The position numbers were made by a program, and so were the translations under genes. From contig JBFMEZ010000004.1 in the NCBI GenBank assembly GCA_040753215.1, positions 1 through 64,000 on the forward strand: DNA of 64,000 bases, in the 5' to 3' direction. Below the pieces are notes generated by a model. It searched no databases and was not told the origin of the DNA. It saw only the letters and a list, made by a program, of their open reading frames with translations. This document shows, piece by piece, positions 9,376-18,385 of this stretch; within the stretch, counting starts at the first letter, position 1; each line of letters begins with the position of its first letter. This stretch comes from Candidatus Micrarchaeota archaeon (GTDB taxonomy: Archaea; Micrarchaeota; Micrarchaeia; Anstonellales; Bilamarchaeaceae).

Positions 9376-9549
9376 TCACGCCTTCCTCGTCTTTTTCGCC
9401 CACTTTACCTTCTTCCCCACTCTCCCCAGCTTCAGCTGGTTCTTCATGCACTTGGAAGAGCAGAAATAGAACAGCGTCCCATCCTTCTTCGCGTAAAGCC
9501 TTCCGCTTCCCTTCGGGATATCTACCCCGCAGAACGAACATCCGGGCAT
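9376..9549 (-). CDS. rpl24e: 50S ribosomal protein L24e (57 aa; below the ORF-track cutoff)
   Basis: Hand translation MPGCSFCGVDIPKGSGRLYAKKDGTLFYFCSSKCMKNQLKLGRVGKKVKWAKKTRKA; conserved L7Ae-S28e-L24e-ndk order. Confidence 0.95.
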   Translation of the reverse strand: MPGCSFCGVDIPKGSGRLYAKKDGTLFYFCSSKCMKNQLKLGRVGKKVKWAKKTRKA

Positions 9550-9553
9550 ATGC

Positions 9554-9760
9554 TCACCTAGCCCTTATCTCCTTCGCTTCCCTCTCAGGCTCAATCAGCA
9601 TTATGACCATCCCCTTCTTCACAGGCCCCTTCACGTTCCTGAGGATGACCCTTCCTGCTTCGGCCCCTTCCAGCACCTTGCAGAGCACCTGGTAGATCTC
9701 GCCATAGACTCCTGTCTTGACCTTGACCTCCACGATCTCCGCAGCCACTGCGTCAGCCAT
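9554..9760 (-). CDS. rps28e: 30S ribosomal protein S28e
   Basis: 'TGVYGEIYQV', 'RNVKGPV..G....L.E.EREA'. Confidence 0.95.
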   Translation of the reverse strand: MADAVAAEIVEVKVKTGVYGEIYQVLCKVLEGAEAGRVILRNVKGPVKKGMVIMLIEPEREAKEIRAR

Positions 9761-9765
9761 TTATT

Positions 9766-10272
9766 TCACTCCTTCTTCTCTTCAGCCTTTTTCTCTTCCA
9801 CAGGCTTCTTTGGCTTCCTCGGCTTTTTCGGCTTCGGGGGCTGTGCCTCAGGGGCAGCTTCCGGTTTCCCGCTTCCGGTTTCCGGTTTCGGCTCGTGCTT
9901 CTTCTCCTCCAGCTTCGGCTTCGGGAGCCTCTTCAGCACATTGTTGAGTATCTCGTTCGCGCCTCCCGCGTCCTCCACCGCTACCGAAGATGTGGGCACA
10001 GGAATCCCGACCGCCGCGCCCAACTCCTTTTTCGTGGGCACGTACACATAGGGTATCCCCTTCTCCTCGCAGAGCATCGGGATATGTATAACTATCTCCT
10101 CGGGCTCCACATCAGAGGCAATCACCACGAGCTTTGCGGCCTTCCTCTCAATGGATTTTGTAGTTTCATTAATCCCCTTGCGGATTCTTCCGGAGTCCTT
10201 TGCGACTGAAAGAGCTTCCACTACGCCGTCCACTACTTCCTTTGGTGTTTCAAATTTTACATAACTCGGCAT
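9766..10272 (-). CDS. rpl7ae: 50S ribosomal protein L7Ae with Lys/Glu/Pro-rich C-terminal extension
   Basis: 'YVKFETP', '[13 protein letters not shown]', '[18 protein letters not shown]'. Confidence 0.95.
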   Translation of the reverse strand: MPSYVKFETPKEVVDGVVEALSVAKDSGRIRKGINETTKSIERKAAKLVVIASDVEPEEIVIHIPMLCEEKGIPYVYVPTKKELGAAVGIPVPTSSVAVEDAGGANEILNNVLKRLPKPKLEEKKHEPKPETGSGKPEAAPEAQPPKPKKPRKPKKPVEEKKAEEKKE

Positions 10273-10325
10273 ACATACACCTCTCTCCTTTTTACATCAC
10301 AAACCTCGGCACAGCCTCGGTTTGT

Positions 10326-10389
10326 TCTGCCTTTGGGTTGCCTCGCTCGTGCCCCAGCACTCGCTCGGCGCAAAAAGGAGCCCAAAAAC
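10326..10389. repeat. Dispersed hairpin repeat family 1, copy 2 (in rpl7ae leader)
   Basis: Similar to 1923-1975. Confidence 0.65.
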
Positions 10390-10413
10390 TTCGAGCATTT
10401 CATCTGTTCTATA

Positions 10414-10462
10414 CACCTCATTTTTCATCTGCTCCGTTTCCGGAGCATCCACTTCATCGGTG
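10414..10462 (-). promoter_or_regulatory. Double kink-turn RNA in rpl7ae 5' leader (putative L7Ae autoregulatory site)
   Basis: Minus strand CACC-GAU-GAA-gu-GGA-UGCUCCG-GAAA-CGGAGCA-GAU-GAA-aaa-UGA-GGUG: two k-turn consensus motifs around a GNRA hairpin; TATA-like TTTTAAAAA about 25 nt upstream. Confidence 0.75.
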
Positions 10463-10496
10463 GTAGCTGTTTATATGCCGAAGAGGGTTTTTAAAA

Positions 10497-10880
10497 CTAC
10501 TTCCCCAGCCCCTCATTCGAAAGAATAAGCTCCTCCACTCTTTCTATAATCGTCCTCACAGTCCCAAGCGCCTTCTCCACCTTCTCCTTCCCAAGCTCCG
10601 CGTCAATCCCGGGTCTCACGTTCCCATAGAAATCTATGTTCCTCATCTCCCAGAGGAAATCCAAATCTTCCTTATGCTCCGAGAACACCCTCTTTGCGGT
10701 TTCCATCCTGTACTGGTGGGAAGCAACATCCTTCCCCTTCATGGTTTTATTGAAGGCGATAAGCGCGGACTCAAACGCCTGGTAGGCGAGCCCCGAAACC
10801 CCCGCCAGGTCCCCGTCCTCAAACAGCTTCTCCGCGGAAGCGAGCAGCGCCTTCGCCCTTTTCAGGTCCCTCCCAGCCAT
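10497..10880 (-). CDS. HEPN domain protein
   Basis: 'A...L..A..L...G......AYQA.E.A' and 'SH' with 'RNIDFY' (Rx4Y variant); paired with upstream MNT. Confidence 0.8.
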   Translation of the reverse strand: MAGRDLKRAKALLASAEKLFEDGDLAGVSGLAYQAFESALIAFNKTMKGKDVASHQYRMETAKRVFSEHKEDLDFLWEMRNIDFYGNVRPGIDAELGKEKVEKALGTVRTIIERVEELILSNEGLGK

Positions 10881-11701
10881 ATGGTTTCCCCTTCCTTCCC
10901 CAATTTCTCTTCTATTTCTTCTATTCCCCTCTCCGCCTTAATCATCTTCTTTGGAACCACCTTCCCCTCATAGAGAAGGGATTCCAGCTCCCCCAGCGTA
11001 ATCCTCAGCAATTCCTTATAATACTTCTTCGCCTCCCCACGCGCGCCCTTCGCCTTCTCCGCGTATTCCTTCGCCTTCCCCAGCCGGAACAGCGCATACG
11101 CCTTCGGGAAGCCCCGCAGCCCGGCCTTTATCCCGAACAGCTTTCCCATCCCCCTGAACACCACCCCATTCATCACCGCCTCCAGCGCCACGAAGTCCTC
11201 CATCCTCTCCACCTCCTCCCAGCCCTTCCTGTGCACCTCGAACCTGTACGGGAGCAAATCCGCGCCCTTCGGCGCCTCGCCCACCACCATCAGGTCTATA
11301 TCGCTCTTCGCGGTCCCCAGCCCGTACGCATGGCTGCCGAACAGCACCACCGCCTCCGCCCCGGGCGCCCTTGAGAGGAAATACTCCACCGCATTCCTCG
11401 CCTCCGACCTCAGCCCCGCAATCCTCTCCTGCATGAACAGCTCCGCGAGGGCGAGCGCCATCCCCTTCCCCGCATCCGCCCTGAACAGTTTCCTTCTGCC
11501 ACCTCTTGCCTGCCTTGCTGCCCCCACGCGAATGAGCGCCCCCAGCGCCGCTACCACGTTTGATTTCGACACCCTGCTCTCTCTCGCCAAATCCGATATG
11601 GAAAATGCGGCATACGGCCTCTCCAGCAGCACCCTCAGCACCGAAATAGTAGTTTTTTTCGCAATCTGCTCTATTCGTATTTGTTCTTTTTTTAGGTTCA
11701 T
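10862..11701 (-). CDS. wHTH + minimal nucleotidyltransferase (MNT) protein
   Basis: N-terminal HTH 'SISDLARESRVSKSNV'; 'LFGSHAYG.....SDIDL'. Confidence 0.8.
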   Translation of the reverse strand: MNLKKEQIRIEQIAKKTTISVLRVLLERPYAAFSISDLARESRVSKSNVVAALGALIRVGAARQARGGRRKLFRADAGKGMALALAELFMQERIAGLRSEARNAVEYFLSRAPGAEAVVLFGSHAYGLGTAKSDIDLMVVGEAPKGADLLPYRFEVHRKGWEEVERMEDFVALEAVMNGVVFRGMGKLFGIKAGLRGFPKAYALFRLGKAKEYAEKAKGARGEAKKYYKELLRITLGELESLLYEGKVVPKKMIKAERGIEEIEEKLGKEGETIWLGGT

Positions 11702-11803
11702 AAGTTCTATTTTTAGAACAAATATTTAAAAGCAGATGCCCTTTCTTACCCACCACATCCCGCCTTTCGGAATCCATTTAATATATGCTATCGATACCTT
11801 CCC

Positions 11804-12997
11804 ATGAGATTTCATATTCTCGCAACAATCTTCGCAGCATTCCTTATATTCGGCTGCACCCAGCCGAATACTTTCTATGATAACGGAGTTCCAGACGAGG
11901 TATACATACGAGCAGCAAACCAGACGCCCGAAGCCCGGGCATTCCTCCAAAAATATCCAAACGCAGAAATTTCCGTGGACCGGAGCGGCGCCCTTACCGT
12001 GGATTATCGGGTGGATAAATCCCCCATCACAAACACCACCCAGAACTGGGAGGGCATACGCCTCCGCATCTTTATTGACCCGGCAACCGGCCGGCCCTCC
12101 GGGGAAAGTTTCATCGATTGTTCCGGAATTCTAATCCAGAATAATTTACTGCAGTTCCTGGAAACCGAAAATTGCGTTTCGCAGGCTCAGAACGAAAGCA
12201 TCCCGCTTGTGCATGGGCTGGAAGAAACCGCCGAAATTGCCGAGCCGGAGAACTACGAGCGGACAACCGTTTTCTCTGGCATTTATGGAGGTAGCTACTA
12301 CGGCATTTATCAGTTGAATTATACGGAAACAGAAACCCTTGATGAAAACGGCCTTATCATAGAATTTGAGCTGAACCTTCCTGCCTCTGCAGGGGTAGGT
12401 TCAGCCAATGAATTCCCCTACGAGCCACCAAGAATCCCGATGGCAATATCCAACAACACGTGGGTTTTCATAGGAACGCAAGAAGGTTCCGTGAAAGTCG
12501 CTAAGGAAGATTCCTACTCCGAACTGATAGGTGAGGACTGTATCGGGGATTGGATGCGCCAGGAATTCAATACCACCATTGTTGCGGGAGGCGTGGAATG
12601 GGAGCTCAACGGCCCTTATTCTTGGGGCGGAAATTTCTCGCTTCGCAACAAACTAACCAATGCTTCAGTTGAATCCAATGTATTCACTCTTGAGGAAGGC
12701 GGCAGGCTCCTAAATCTCTCTGACAGTGCTTTCTTTTTTGAATGGGCTTTTGCCGGGATGAATCCGGGCGTATGTGACTGGATAGCGGCTTCCGGCTTGT
12801 CCGAGGTCGTTGATTTGAGAGCTGCTGATAGTGGCATTACAATCACCTGGACGAATGCTAGCGTTAGAACAGGCAGGGAAGTTTTGGTGCAGCAAGGCTC
12901 CAAACTGGTGCCAAGGGAAGAAACAATGGAAGCGCCAGCAATCAAATCCATTTATGTTCCTCGCTCCAGCCCTGTTTTTGAAAAGCTCGTTGGCTGA
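11804..12997 (+). CDS. Secreted/lipid-anchored hypothetical protein
   Basis: Hydrophobic signal ending 'LIFGC'; acidic; several N-x-S/T sequons. Confidence 0.6.
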   Translation: MRFHILATIFAAFLIFGCTQPNTFYDNGVPDEVYIRAANQTPEARAFLQKYPNAEISVDRSGALTVDYRVDKSPITNTTQNWEGIRLRIFIDPATGRPSGESFIDCSGILIQNNLLQFLETENCVSQAQNESIPLVHGLEETAEIAEPENYERTTVFSGIYGGSYYGIYQLNYTETETLDENGLIIEFELNLPASAGVGSANEFPYEPPRIPMAISNNTWVFIGTQEGSVKVAKEDSYSELIGEDCIGDWMRQEFNTTIVAGGVEWELNGPYSWGGNFSLRNKLTNASVESNVFTLEEGGRLLNLSDSAFFFEWAFAGMNPGVCDWIAASGLSEVVDLRAADSGITITWTNASVRTGREVLVQQGSKLVPREETMEAPAIKSIYVPRSSPVFEKLVG

Positions 12998-13045
12998 ATT
13001 AGCAATCCATTTAAACTCTAACTTATACTCTCTTCTGCGGTTTCC

Positions 13046-14419
13046 ATGTCCAAAATAGTAGTCATCGGCGGAGGCCCTGCAGGGATGTTCGCCGCTTACG
13101 AGCTATCGAAAAACGGACAGGAAGTCACTCTCGTAGAAGCCGGCCTAGATGTTGAAGAAAGGAAAAAGGCAATCTCAAAGGAGGATTCCGCAGGCCCCCA
13201 CTACATCGCCGGAATGGGCGGCTCAGGCACTTTCTCGGATGGAAAGCTCAACCTCCACCCGCTCATAGGCGGGGACCTCATGGAATTCGTCCCCCGCTCA
13301 GAAGCAGAATCCCTAATCTCATACGTGGATAAGATATTCACCGACCATGGAGCGCCCAAAAAGGCGGAAATAAGCCCGGAAGCACGGAATCTGGAAATCC
13401 GCGCAATGAAGGAAGGACTCAAATACATCCCAATCAGGCAGAAGCACATAGGCAGCGACGAGCTCCCCAAGGTGGTCAGCTCCATAAACAAGGAGATGGA
13501 ATCCTTCGGTTTGGAAGTCCTAATCAAAACTGCGGCCAGCGACATAATACTCAAGAATGGAAAAGTCGCCGGGGTAAAAATAAGGAAAGGGGAAAAGGCA
13601 TCCATCCTTCCCGCAGATTATGTAATCGTCGCTCCGGGGCGCGCGGGCTCCCAGTGGCTCCTCGACCTCGCAAAGGAGAAAGGAATTAGCTTCCGCTACG
13701 GGCCATTGGATATAGGAGTCCGTGTAGAAGTCCCCAACGAAGTGATGGACGATTTCACAAAGATAAGCTGGGACCCCAAATTCCACATCCGCACCTCCAA
13801 ATATGATGATTTTGTTCGCACTTTTTGTTGTAATCCAAGTGGATTCGTAATCACCGAAAATTATGGAAAATTCGTCTCCGTAAACGGCCACGCTATGAAG
13901 CACAAAACATCCCACAACACCAATTTCGCCTTCCTTGTGCGCATGATGCTCACCCAGCCAGTTGAAAATACCACCCAGTATGGAAGGTCCATCTGCATGC
14001 TCGCAACAACAATCGGAGGGGGAAAAGCAATTCTCCAGCGCTTGGGTGATTTGAAAGCCGGCCACCGCTCCACCTGGGAGAGGATAGAGAAATCCTACGT
14101 TGAGCCCACCAACAAGGATGTCACCCCTGGGGATATCGCGATGGCGATGCCCGCCCGCATCGTAGAAGACCTGGTTGGCGGCCTGGACATGCTCGCAAAG
14201 GTGATTCCCGGAGTGAATGACCAATCCACCCTTCTCTACGCCCCTGAAGTGAAGTTCAAGTCCATCCGCCTGGACATCACGAAGAAACTGGAAACAAAGG
14301 AAGTGAAGAACCTCTTCACCGCGGGAGACGGCGCAGGAGTTTCCGGAGGAATAATCCCCGCCGCCGCAACAGGGCTGATAGCCGCAAAGGAAATACTCAA
14401 AAGGTGCAAGCATGCCTGA
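13046..14419 (+). CDS. NAD(P)/FAD-dependent oxidoreductase
   Basis: 'IGGGPAG', 'GGSGTFSDGKL', 'VRTFC.NP.G', 'GDGAG'. Confidence 0.85.
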   Translation: MSKIVVIGGGPAGMFAAYELSKNGQEVTLVEAGLDVEERKKAISKEDSAGPHYIAGMGGSGTFSDGKLNLHPLIGGDLMEFVPRSEAESLISYVDKIFTDHGAPKKAEISPEARNLEIRAMKEGLKYIPIRQKHIGSDELPKVVSSINKEMESFGLEVLIKTAASDIILKNGKVAGVKIRKGEKASILPADYVIVAPGRAGSQWLLDLAKEKGISFRYGPLDIGVRVEVPNEVMDDFTKISWDPKFHIRTSKYDDFVRTFCCNPSGFVITENYGKFVSVNGHAMKHKTSHNTNFAFLVRMMLTQPVENTTQYGRSICMLATTIGGGKAILQRLGDLKAGHRSTWERIEKSYVEPTNKDVTPGDIAMAMPARIVEDLVGGLDMLAKVIPGVNDQSTLLYAPEVKFKSIRLDITKKLETKEVKNLFTAGDGAGVSGGIIPAAATGLIAAKEILKRCKHA

Positions 14420-15200
14420 AGAACTTAAACTGGAGGTTTCTCTCCCGGAACTTAAGGAAGGAATCGCATTCGACCTCTCCTCTGCTTCGGAAAAAGATGT
14501 AGCATATGCAGCCGCCTACTGCTCGGAGAGAATAGATGCACTCACCTTCGCATACAGCGGCATAAACACCTCCATTCTGGATGGGGAACTCTCAAAATAC
14601 GCAGGGAAAGGCCCAAAAGAAGCGGGGACTGCCCTCCTCGCCGCCAAATCCCTCCGCGAGGCCTTCAAGGACGCATCAAACGACAAGAACACCTTTATCC
14701 CGGTCGCAGAATCCTATTTCTTCTCAAAATTCCCCGCGAGGTTCGGCTTCAGCCCAAAGCTGACTCCGGGGATGGCCCAATCCTCCATAAAGCCCAAATC
14801 CTTCGCCCCCGGCACAAGGATTTCCCTCGTCTCCAAATGCAGGGAATGGGTCGCAATAAAGAAGCTGTTCATCGAGCCGGGGGTGGAGAAATGGGAGATA
14901 GCAGGAATCCTCGCGGGAATAAACGAAACTTTGGTAAAGAAGGCATTCGATTTCGCGGGCTTGGATAAGGCGAAGCTGGATGCAAAGGCCGCAGAGCTCA
15001 CAAGAGGGAAGAGAAAATCCTACGCTGCAATTGGCGAAGCAATCCAGGGAATAGAAGGCTCGCCCGCAGAAATAGCATACCTCTACAATGCCATCCTCTC
15101 CGTATTCGAAATCCTTCCCTACGCAAACCGCCCGATGCTCTCCAAGGAATACCCGGAAATAAAAGGCCCTTCTATGCGCGGAAGGAAGCCTAAGGGATAA
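14412..15200 (+). CDS. Archaeal hypothetical protein, DUF2666-like, apparently internally duplicated
   Basis: 'W.AIKKL.IE', basic C-terminus 'YPEIK...RGRKPK'; two similar 'F.(Y/F).G.(N/D)...LD' segments. Confidence 0.5.
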   Translation: MPEELKLEVSLPELKEGIAFDLSSASEKDVAYAAAYCSERIDALTFAYSGINTSILDGELSKYAGKGPKEAGTALLAAKSLREAFKDASNDKNTFIPVAESYFFSKFPARFGFSPKLTPGMAQSSIKPKSFAPGTRISLVSKCREWVAIKKLFIEPGVEKWEIAGILAGINETLVKKAFDFAGLDKAKLDAKAAELTRGKRKSYAAIGEAIQGIEGSPAEIAYLYNAILSVFEILPYANRPMLSKEYPEIKGPSMRGRKPKG

Positions 15201-15203
15201 TAC

Positions 15204-15911
15204 TTATGTGGCAGAGGCATCACGGCATGCCCTGAGACCTTCCAGATATATGCCGGCTTCCTGCGCCTTTCCATCGACAAATACAAATACTGCGCCCTTT
15301 CCCGCGTTCTTGGCCGCCATTTCTGCGCTATTTGCCCTGTCTATCAGCTCCTGCAGGTCTTCCGTCCCATCCAGTGCGGCCACCCCGATGCTTATGCTGA
15401 TATGCAGGGCCTTCCCATCCTGGGACATTACTTCCGCTGCCTCTATTCTCCTCCTGATGCGTTCCGCCACGGTGCATGCATTCACCAGCGACTGGCTTTC
15501 CGGGAGCAGCACCACGAACTCGTCTCCCCCAATCCTGCAAACAGAATCATACCCGCGCAGGCACCCTCTCACGGCTTCTACAAGCCCGCGCAGGACGTTG
15601 TCTCCTGTGTGCTCGCCGTATCTCTTGTTGAATGCCCCGAAATCGTCAACATCCACAAATATGATGCAGAAGATCTTGCGGGACCTCCTCTGCCTTGACA
15701 GCTCCTCCCCGAACTTGTACTCCAGCCCCCTGCGGTTGAAAGCTCCGGTCACGGAGTCCCTCATCGCCGCATCCTCTGCCTTCTTCCTGAGAGCAGTCTC
15801 CCTCAGCAGCCTATCTCCGTACTTTGTCAGCTTTTTCGTTAAGTCGTCCAGTTTAGCCCTGAGCTGGCGTACCGGTTCGCATCCGTCTCCGGTACAAATC
15901 TGCATCGCCAT
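15204..15911 (-). CDS. Diguanylate cyclase (coiled coil + GGDEF domain)
   Basis: 'RDSVTGAFNRR', 'DVDDF..FN..YG...GD.VL', 'RIGGDEF', RxxD I-site (RGYD), 'SIGVA', 'AK..GK'. Confidence 0.9.
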   Translation of the reverse strand: MAMQICTGDGCEPVRQLRAKLDDLTKKLTKYGDRLLRETALRKKAEDAAMRDSVTGAFNRRGLEYKFGEELSRQRRSRKIFCIIFVDVDDFGAFNKRYGEHTGDNVLRGLVEAVRGCLRGYDSVCRIGGDEFVVLLPESQSLVNACTVAERIRRRIEAAEVMSQDGKALHISISIGVAALDGTEDLQELIDRANSAEMAAKNAGKGAVFVFVDGKAQEAGIYLEGLRACRDASAT

Positions 15912-15957
15912 GTTTATAATTCTGGATAAGTGTGTTTAAAAATCTGCCGTGCAAAAA

Positions 15958-17145
15958 TCATATTATCCCTAATTCTTTACCGACTTTCTCTATTTTCCCG
16001 AGCGCAAAGTCCAAATCCTCCCTCTTATGCGCTGCATTTATCATCATCCTTATCCTCGCCTTGTCCCGCGCAACCATCGGGAACACAATGGGCAAGGCAA
16101 ACACCCCTTCCTCAAACAGCCTCCTGCTCATCTGCTGCGCCTTCCCCGAATCATAGGTCATTAGTGGCGTGATCGGCGTCTCGCCCTCCCCTATATCAAA
16201 TCCTGTCTTCTTTACTCTTTTCTTGAAATATTTCGTATTTCTCCAGAGCTTCCTGACTAATCTATCATCCTTCTCCAATAATTCCAGGGAAGCCAGGCAG
16301 GCCGCCGCAACCGCGGGCGGATGCGAACCGGTAAGCAGCCACGTCCTCGACTTATTCAGGAGGAATTTCTTCGAAACCGCGGAGCACGCAATCAGCCCTC
16401 CCATCACTCCAAAAGCTTTAGAAAAAGTCCCCATCTCAAAATCAACGCGCCCTTCCAGCTTAAAGTGATTCACAATTCCCCTTCCGTGCTCCCCCAGCAC
16501 CCCGTCCCCGTGCGCATCATCCACATAGGTAACCGCATCATACTGCTCCGCCAATTCCACTATTTTCGGAAGGGGCGCAATATCCCCATCCATGGAAAAG
16601 ACTCCATCCGTAATTATCACTATTCTCCCGGGATTCTTCATCTTCGCCTCCTTCAATCCGGCTTCCAGCCCCCCCATGTCCTTGTGCTTGTAAATCATCT
16701 TCTCCGCTTTCCCCAGCCTCACCCCGTCTATTATGCTCCCGTGGTTCAGCTCGTCCGAAATCACCACATCTCCCTGCCGAAGGAGTGCGGGAATCGCCCC
16801 GCTGTTTGCAGTGAATCCGGTATTGTAATACAATGCATCCTCACTATGCTTGAATTTCGCAATCGCCTCCTCCAATCTCAGGTGCAAATCCATAGTCCCT
16901 GCAATCGGCCTCACGCTCCCGCTTCCCGCCCCGTATTTCCTCACCGCTTCAATCGCCGCCTTCTTCAATGCCTTATGGTTGCTAAGCCCCAGATAATTGT
17001 TCGAGCAGAGCATCACCACCTCCTTCCCATCCACAAGCGCCCTTCCAGCGCTCGGCCCATTCAAGGTCCTCGGGTTCCAGAGAAGGTTCTGTTTCTCCAG
17101 CTCTGCAATCTCCATCCCCAGCTCATTCTGAAGCTTCGTGTTCAT
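15958..17145 (-). CDS. kbl: Glycine C-acetyltransferase (2-amino-3-ketobutyrate CoA ligase)
   Basis: 'SNNYLGL', 'GSVRPIAGT', 'NHGSIIDG', 'DDAHG', 'GTFSKA'; adjacent to tdh; start re-placed at ATG 17145. Confidence 0.9.
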   Translation of the reverse strand: MNTKLQNELGMEIAELEKQNLLWNPRTLNGPSAGRALVDGKEVVMLCSNNYLGLSNHKALKKAAIEAVRKYGAGSGSVRPIAGTMDLHLRLEEAIAKFKHSEDALYYNTGFTANSGAIPALLRQGDVVISDELNHGSIIDGVRLGKAEKMIYKHKDMGGLEAGLKEAKMKNPGRIVIITDGVFSMDGDIAPLPKIVELAEQYDAVTYVDDAHGDGVLGEHGRGIVNHFKLEGRVDFEMGTFSKAFGVMGGLIACSAVSKKFLLNKSRTWLLTGSHPPAVAAACLASLELLEKDDRLVRKLWRNTKYFKKRVKKTGFDIGEGETPITPLMTYDSGKAQQMSRRLFEEGVFALPIVFPMVARDKARIRMMINAAHKREDLDFALGKIEKVGKELGII

Positions 17146-17260
17146 GGGGCAGGTTTTCACCCTCTTCTTTTTAATCCTAACCAGCCGCCCTACGTCGCCT
17201 GCCGGAAATTTTTGTGAAACCATTTTAATCCTGCTCCCGCATCTTTCCAAGGGTATGCTT

Positions 17261-18307
17261 ATGAAAGGGAAGATGCGCGCAGTCTGGAAGAGGGAGCCGA
17301 AGCCCGGTTTATCCGTAGGAGAGGCGGAAATCCCAAAAGCAAATGATGATGAAGTCCTCATAAAGGTAAAGGCCACCTCCATTTGCGGAACCGACCGCCA
17401 CATTTACCACTGGGACGACTGGGCGAAGAACAGGATAGGCAACAAGCTTCCATACATATTCGGCCATGAGGTTTCCGGGGAAATAGTAGAAACAGGAAAA
17501 GCGGTCAAGGGCTTGGAGCCCGGAGACCACGTCTCTGCTGAAACCCATATCTCCTGCGGCTACTGCTTCCAGTGCAAAACCGGCCAGGAGCACATCTGCC
17601 AGAATGTAAAGATTCTAGGAGTGGATACGAACGGGACTTTTGCGGAATATTTTGCCCTTCCCTGCCGGAACGCGTGGAAAAATGACAAGAGAATCCCCCA
17701 CTGGGTCGCAACAGCCCAGGAGCCCCTCGGCAACGCGGTCCATACAGTTTTCGCAGGCGAGGTCGCGGGCAAAACCGTATTCATCTCCGGGATGGGCCCC
17801 ATAGGCGTGTGCGCGGTCGCCCTCTGCAAGGCGGCAGGCGCAGACCTGGTAATCGCTTCAGGCACAAACGAATTCAGGCAGAAGTTCGCGAAGGATTTCG
17901 GCGCAGATATCGTCCTCAACCCCAAGGAGCAGGACGTCCGCAAGGAAGTGATGGCCGCAACCAACGGAGAAGGGGCGGATGTATTTTTGGAAATGGCCGG
18001 CGCGCCCCAGTCCCTCATTGATGGATTGGCAGTAACCAAGGCAGGAGGCCGCGTCTCCGTCCTCGGTGTCTTCCCCAAGCCCTTCGAAGTGGATTTTTCC
18101 AAGGATGTCGTCTTCCGCGGCATAACCATGCACGGGATAAACGGAAGGAGGATGTTCGACACATGGTACAAATCCGCATCTTTCCTCCGCACAGGCGCAG
18201 TGAAACTGGAAAAATTGGTCACCCACCGCTTCAAATTAGACGAAATAGAGAAAGGGTTCGAAGCCCTCGACCACAAGGAAGCGATGAAAATAGTGCTTGA
18301 GCCCTAG
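17261..18307 (+). CDS. tdh: L-threonine 3-dehydrogenase
   Basis: 'SICGTD.HIY.WD.W', 'GHE', Zn-binding CxxCxxC, 'EPLGNAVH', 'GINGRRMFDTWY'. Confidence 0.93.
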   Translation: MKGKMRAVWKREPKPGLSVGEAEIPKANDDEVLIKVKATSICGTDRHIYHWDDWAKNRIGNKLPYIFGHEVSGEIVETGKAVKGLEPGDHVSAETHISCGYCFQCKTGQEHICQNVKILGVDTNGTFAEYFALPCRNAWKNDKRIPHWVATAQEPLGNAVHTVFAGEVAGKTVFISGMGPIGVCAVALCKAAGADLVIASGTNEFRQKFAKDFGADIVLNPKEQDVRKEVMAATNGEGADVFLEMAGAPQSLIDGLAVTKAGGRVSVLGVFPKPFEVDFSKDVVFRGITMHGINGRRMFDTWYKSASFLRTGAVKLEKLVTHRFKLDEIEKGFEALDHKEAMKIVLEP

Positions 18308-18385
18308 ATAACTAGTCCGCTTCCCGGCGCACGGACAAGCGCCCCCACAAATACCTATTTAACCCTAACCCCACATTCTTCCCGC

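Noticed and set aside
15958..17403. 481-aa kbl and 389-aa tdh overlapping head to head
   Set aside because: True starts are likely 17145 and 17261, leaving a normal divergent spacer
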